From an uncultured Chloroflexia bacterium (GTDB lineage: Bacteria; Chloroflexota; Chloroflexia; QHBQ01; JADMIH01): a stretch of 64,000 nt of DNA. The translations under genes and the position numbers were made by a program. Each line of letters begins with the position of its first letter. Within the stretch, counting starts at the first letter, position 1. The notes beneath the pieces were generated by a model. That model saw nothing but the letters and a program-made list of their open reading frames with translations, made no database searches and was not told where the DNA came from. This document shows positions 60,431 to 64,000 of the stretch, piece after piece. The stretch spans positions 480,001-544,000 of the forward strand of contig CAWCNY010000002.1 of the NCBI GenBank assembly GCA_963797095.1, read 5' to 3'.

Positions 60431-62605
60431 CTATACCGCCAGCGCATACAGCTTCCTGTCCAACGATCCCACATACACAATCCCATCATCGATCACAGGC
60501 GACGACACCACAGGGCCTCGCGTCTTATACTTCCATCTTTCCTCTCCGGTGCTGATGTCCAGGCAATATACATAGTTATTCCCTGCCCCGAAGTACACAG
60601 AATCGTTTGCCAGCGACACTCGCGGCGATGACGTTACCTGGCTGCTTGTATCGAAGTTCCAGATCACGCGCCCGCTATGCCCATCAAGACAGTACAAAAA
60701 GCCGTCCGACGATCCGAAGATCACGCGCTCTCCTGCCATCGCGGGCGATGACGATACCGACCTTTGGCACTCGTAGCGCCACGAAGTAAAGCCCGTGTCC
60801 ACGTCCACTGCGTACACATAGTTATCCATCGACCCAACGATCACATTGTTACGCACCACCAGCGGCGTGCTGATGATCGCTCCCAGCGTGTGCAACTTCC
60901 ACCTCAATGTCCCGTTCACCACGTCCAGCGCGTACAGGTTGCCGTCCGACGATCCGATGAACGCCAGTCCCCTCGCGAAAGCCGCTGACGACCGCACGAA
61001 GTTCCATGTCCTGTACTTCCACGCCACCTGCCCGGTATCGGCCTGAATCGCGTAGATATACTGGTCGTCCGACCCGATGTACACCACGTCCTTGTGCACC
61101 TTCGGCGACGAGCGCACCGGGCCGCCGCTCCTGTATGACCACACCTGTGTGCCGCGTCGCGCATCGTAAGCATACATATAGTTGTCTTCCGACCCCACCA
61201 GCAGCAGCTCGCCATACAGCACAGGCGAAGAGCAAATACCCGCCTTCGTAGGCGCTTTCCACAGGAAGTCCCCGCTCTTGGCATTCAGCGCATACATGTT
61301 GGTATCATACGCCCCAAAGAACACCACTCCCCGCTCGCACAAAGGCGACGACCTGACCTCATCGTCGCAGGCAAAGGTCCACAAAAGCTGCGCGCCTGTG
61401 CTTTGCGCTGCGGGTATCGTCGACGATCGGGCAATTGGTGCCACTGCGGTCCCCCGCATATCGGCCGGGGCAACCAGCATCCCGCTCGGCGCGACGCTCA
61501 TCCTTGATGAACCCAGGTTCGGGTCAGATTGCAGGTCCGATAGTGAGCTTGACAGCTTGGGCACCTGTGACGACGGCAGCAGCGAGCTTGTATCGTCGTT
61601 CTCGTCTATCGGCCCCGACTGCCGCTTCCTAAGTTTGGGGTCAAATATGCTGCTCTGCACCAGCGCCTGCCTGAAGGCCATAGCGCTCGGCCACCGCCTG
61701 TCTAAGTCGTACTCGGTCGCCCTCAGAATGATCGACTCGATATACTCCGAAACACGCGAATTGAACTTCCGGATGGGGCGCTCGTGGAATGTGAACGGCG
61801 TTTGCGTGCGCGGATCGAAGTTTGTCAGCAGGTGGTGCATGGTCGCGCCCAGCGCGTAAATATCACCGCGCGGCTCTGCCAACCCCCGGTACTGCTCCGG
61901 TGGCGCATACCCTTCTGTCCCGATCATCGTGCCCCGCTTGTCCGACTGGAACATCTTCGCTATGCCGAAGTCGATCAGCGTCACCTTGCCATCTCCCGCC
62001 ACGATAATATTTGATGGCTTCATGTCGCGGAAAATGATCGGCTGCGGCTGGTGCCCGTGCAAATACTCGAGCACATCGCAAATCTGCACCGCCCACTTGA
62101 CTACCTCATCTTCCTGCATGGCAGCCTTGCGTATATCAAGTTGCGATTCCAGGTCCTTGCCCTCGATATACTCAAGCACAAGGTACACCCTACCGTTCGA
62201 CGGGAAGAAGTCGTATATCTTCGGTATCCCTGGGTGCGAAAGCGTTGCCAGCAGCGCCGCCTCGCGCTCGAACACCGCCAATCTCAACTGGCCTGTGCGT
62301 GGATCGGGCGATGTATCGGGCATCTCCTTGATGGCGCAGTACCGCGCCACCGAATTGAAGCGCAGGTCACGAGCCTTATACACCGTGCTCATGCCGCCTA
62401 TACCCAGCACACTCTCGATGTCATATCGCCCTTGCAGAATAGTATTGCGGGGCAGGGGTGCCGTTCCAGGCATAACCTCTGTATCTAGTGCCCCCTTCTC
62501 CGACTGTATAGGCGCTGGATCGATTGTTGGGGTTTGAGGCTGAACTGTGGGGTCCGTGGCACCTTGGGCTGCCTGCTGTACCCCTTGCAAACGTTTAATG
62601 AGCAT
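60431..62605 (-). CDS. Hanks Ser/Thr kinase with C-terminal PQQ-like beta-propeller
   Basis: GIGGMS, AIKE, RDMKPSN, DFG, GYAPPE; SSP...GSxD...G..W repeats. Confidence 0.95.
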   Translation of the reverse strand: MLIKRLQGVQQAAQGATDPTVQPQTPTIDPAPIQSEKGALDTEVMPGTAPLPRNTILQGRYDIESVLGIGGMSTVYKARDLRFNSVARYCAIKEMPDTSPDPRTGQLRLAVFEREAALLATLSHPGIPKIYDFFPSNGRVYLVLEYIEGKDLESQLDIRKAAMQEDEVVKWAVQICDVLEYLHGHQPQPIIFRDMKPSNIIVAGDGKVTLIDFGIAKMFQSDKRGTMIGTEGYAPPEQYRGLAEPRGDIYALGATMHHLLTNFDPRTQTPFTFHERPIRKFNSRVSEYIESIILRATEYDLDRRWPSAMAFRQALVQSSIFDPKLRKRQSGPIDENDDTSSLLPSSQVPKLSSSLSDLQSDPNLGSSRMSVAPSGMLVAPADMRGTAVAPIARSSTIPAAQSTGAQLLWTFACDDEVRSSPLCERGVVFFGAYDTNMYALNAKSGDFLWKAPTKAGICSSPVLYGELLLVGSEDNYMYAYDARRGTQVWSYRSGGPVRSSPKVHKDVVYIGSDDQYIYAIQADTGQVAWKYRTWNFVRSSAAFARGLAFIGSSDGNLYALDVVNGTLRWKLHTLGAIISTPLVVRNNVIVGSMDNYVYAVDVDTGFTSWRYECQRSVSSSPAMAGERVIFGSSDGFLYCLDGHSGRVIWNFDTSSQVTSSPRVSLANDSVYFGAGNNYVYCLDISTGEERWKYKTRGPVVSSPVIDDGIVYVGSLDRKLYALAV

Positions 62606-62794
62606 GGCGTGGTTCTCCCGATAGAATTCTGGTACTACCTCGATTATAGGCGGGTAGTATTAGCCATTGGAATAGACCATTTGTACCGCCCCACACGATA
62701 CCTTTGGGCGACCTCTTGACCTCCCACCCAGCCTCTGGTAATATTTACACAACGCAGGCGCCCGCACCCACCATTCCCAATCTTCCCAGGTAAG

Positions 62795-64000
62795 ATGCCG
62801 CGCTTCAATACCATCCCAAAGGCTGCCTTATTCAGGCGGCGCAGATTTCTTACACTTCTGCACTATCTCTTCATACTGGCCTTCTCCCTCTCTTTACCGT
62901 TGGGTCTGGCCCAGTCTGTCCTTGCCTCGCCATCTTCAGTCGCCCCCACCATTCCCCTACAACCCTACGCTTACGCCATCGCCAACTCCGCCACCGGCTA
63001 TGACCTCATGGTCGGTGATGGCGTGAACAAAGACAGGCGCATAGCCCGTGTGAAGGTGGATAGTATCTACTTCACCGACGTTACCGCCAAACTCTCCACC
63101 GATGGCACCCAGGCGATCTTCCGCGTCACAGGCGACCGCTATGGCGGCTCCAGCCTCTACAATGTGTCAGTAGCTACCGGCAAGTTCGTCCAGGTGGCCT
63201 CCGCCAAAACCGCCTCCGAGGGCATAGGTACTTACGCCTGGTCTCCCGCAGGCAACACTATGGCTTTCGTGCGTGCCGCCCCCGCCCTCGACCCAGCCCT
63301 CATGGACGATGCCTACGGCACTATCTACATCTATTCAGTTGGATTCCAGGCAGTCAAACTGAAATCCTCCAACGGCAACGACCACCTACTCGGCTTCGCC
63401 AGCGACGGCCTCGGCGTGTACGTCTCCCGCCGCGAGACCGCCGGCAACTTCACCCTGGAGCACCTGGTCTACCTGCCACTCACGGGCAACTCAGCCGCTG
63501 CCATGATCACGAGTACACCCGATCTGCGCTACACCGGCTACACTCTCCTGGCGCTCCCGAACACAACCCCCAGGGTAGCCTTCCTGGCCGAAGGCGATCT
63601 ATCTCTCGCCGCGCAAAACTCCAACGGTGGGCAAGCAACATCCGGCATCACGACCACACTCTCTATCTCTCCCAATGCAAAGGGCAGCGGCAGCCTGACT
63701 TCCCCCTCCGGCTTCGGCCTTGTCACCTCCGATATCCTTGGCCTTGACCCAACCCTCCTGCGCCGCGACGCCGAAGATTACGCCCACCTTTCATGGACCT
63801 CTGACGGCAGCGCTCTCCTAGTGGGCAGTACGCGCAATTCCTGGCGTATCGACCTTTCGGGCAATCGCGTCGCGCTCGGCACCTCGGTGGCCGCCCTCCG
63901 TCCTGCCGCCATCTCCCGCGACGGCACTTTCGTGGTCATGACCGACAACCCCACCACCCGCCTCGTCACCCTCGACTACTCCACCGGCAAAGTAAGCGCC
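62795..64000 (+). CDS. Secreted TolB/WD40-like propeller protein (partial, runs off the window; not in the ORF track)
   Basis: Own translation MPRFNTIPKAALFRRRRFLTLL..., signal peptide, WSPAG and WTSDG repeats. Confidence 0.75.
   Translation, partial: MPRFNTIPKAALFRRRRFLTLLHYLFILAFSLSLPLGLAQSVLASPSSVAPTIPLQPYAYAIANSATGYDLMVGDGVNKDRRIARVKVDSIYFTDVTAKLSTDGTQAIFRVTGDRYGGSSLYNVSVATGKFVQVASAKTASEGIGTYAWSPAGNTMAFVRAAPALDPALMDDAYGTIYIYSVGFQAVKLKSSNGNDHLLGFASDGLGVYVSRRETAGNFTLEHLVYLPLTGNSAAAMITSTPDLRYTGYTLLALPNTTPRVAFLAEGDLSLAAQNSNGGQATSGITTTLSISPNAKGSGSLTSPSGFGLVTSDILGLDPTLLRRDAEDYAHLSWTSDGSALLVGSTRNSWRIDLSGNRVALGTSVAALRPAAISRDGTFVVMTDNPTTRLVTLDYSTGKVSA

Overview
Bacterial chromosomal window, most likely Chloroflexota, inferred from the SLH-anchored kelch/BNR surface proteins and the IS types. 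1-24.5 kb is mostly housekeeping: FabH-like synthase, SDR, add, class A PBP, ROK, TetR/MFS split by an IS, rfbA-DinB-rfbB, ppk2, GH3, YbjN and hutH. 24.5-33.2 kb is a decaying defence/integrative island. It holds two fused hsdR-start/hsdS-end remnants that flank a CUB-like membrane protein gene, a HEPN-like/UvrD-PD-(D/E)XK chimera, an ISAs1, an XRE gene and a serine-recombinase stub. 33.9-56 kb is a tandem array of four giant secreted proteins built from Cys-bracketed modules, several of them near-identical at the DNA level. 56-64 kb carries ggt, PfpI, tatA, GT9, a Ser/Thr kinase-PQQ protein and a partial propeller protein. A family of inverted heptamer-repeat hairpins is spread through the window, and two copies sit in frame inside hutH. 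All calls come from reading the sequence and translations by eye; no database searches were run.
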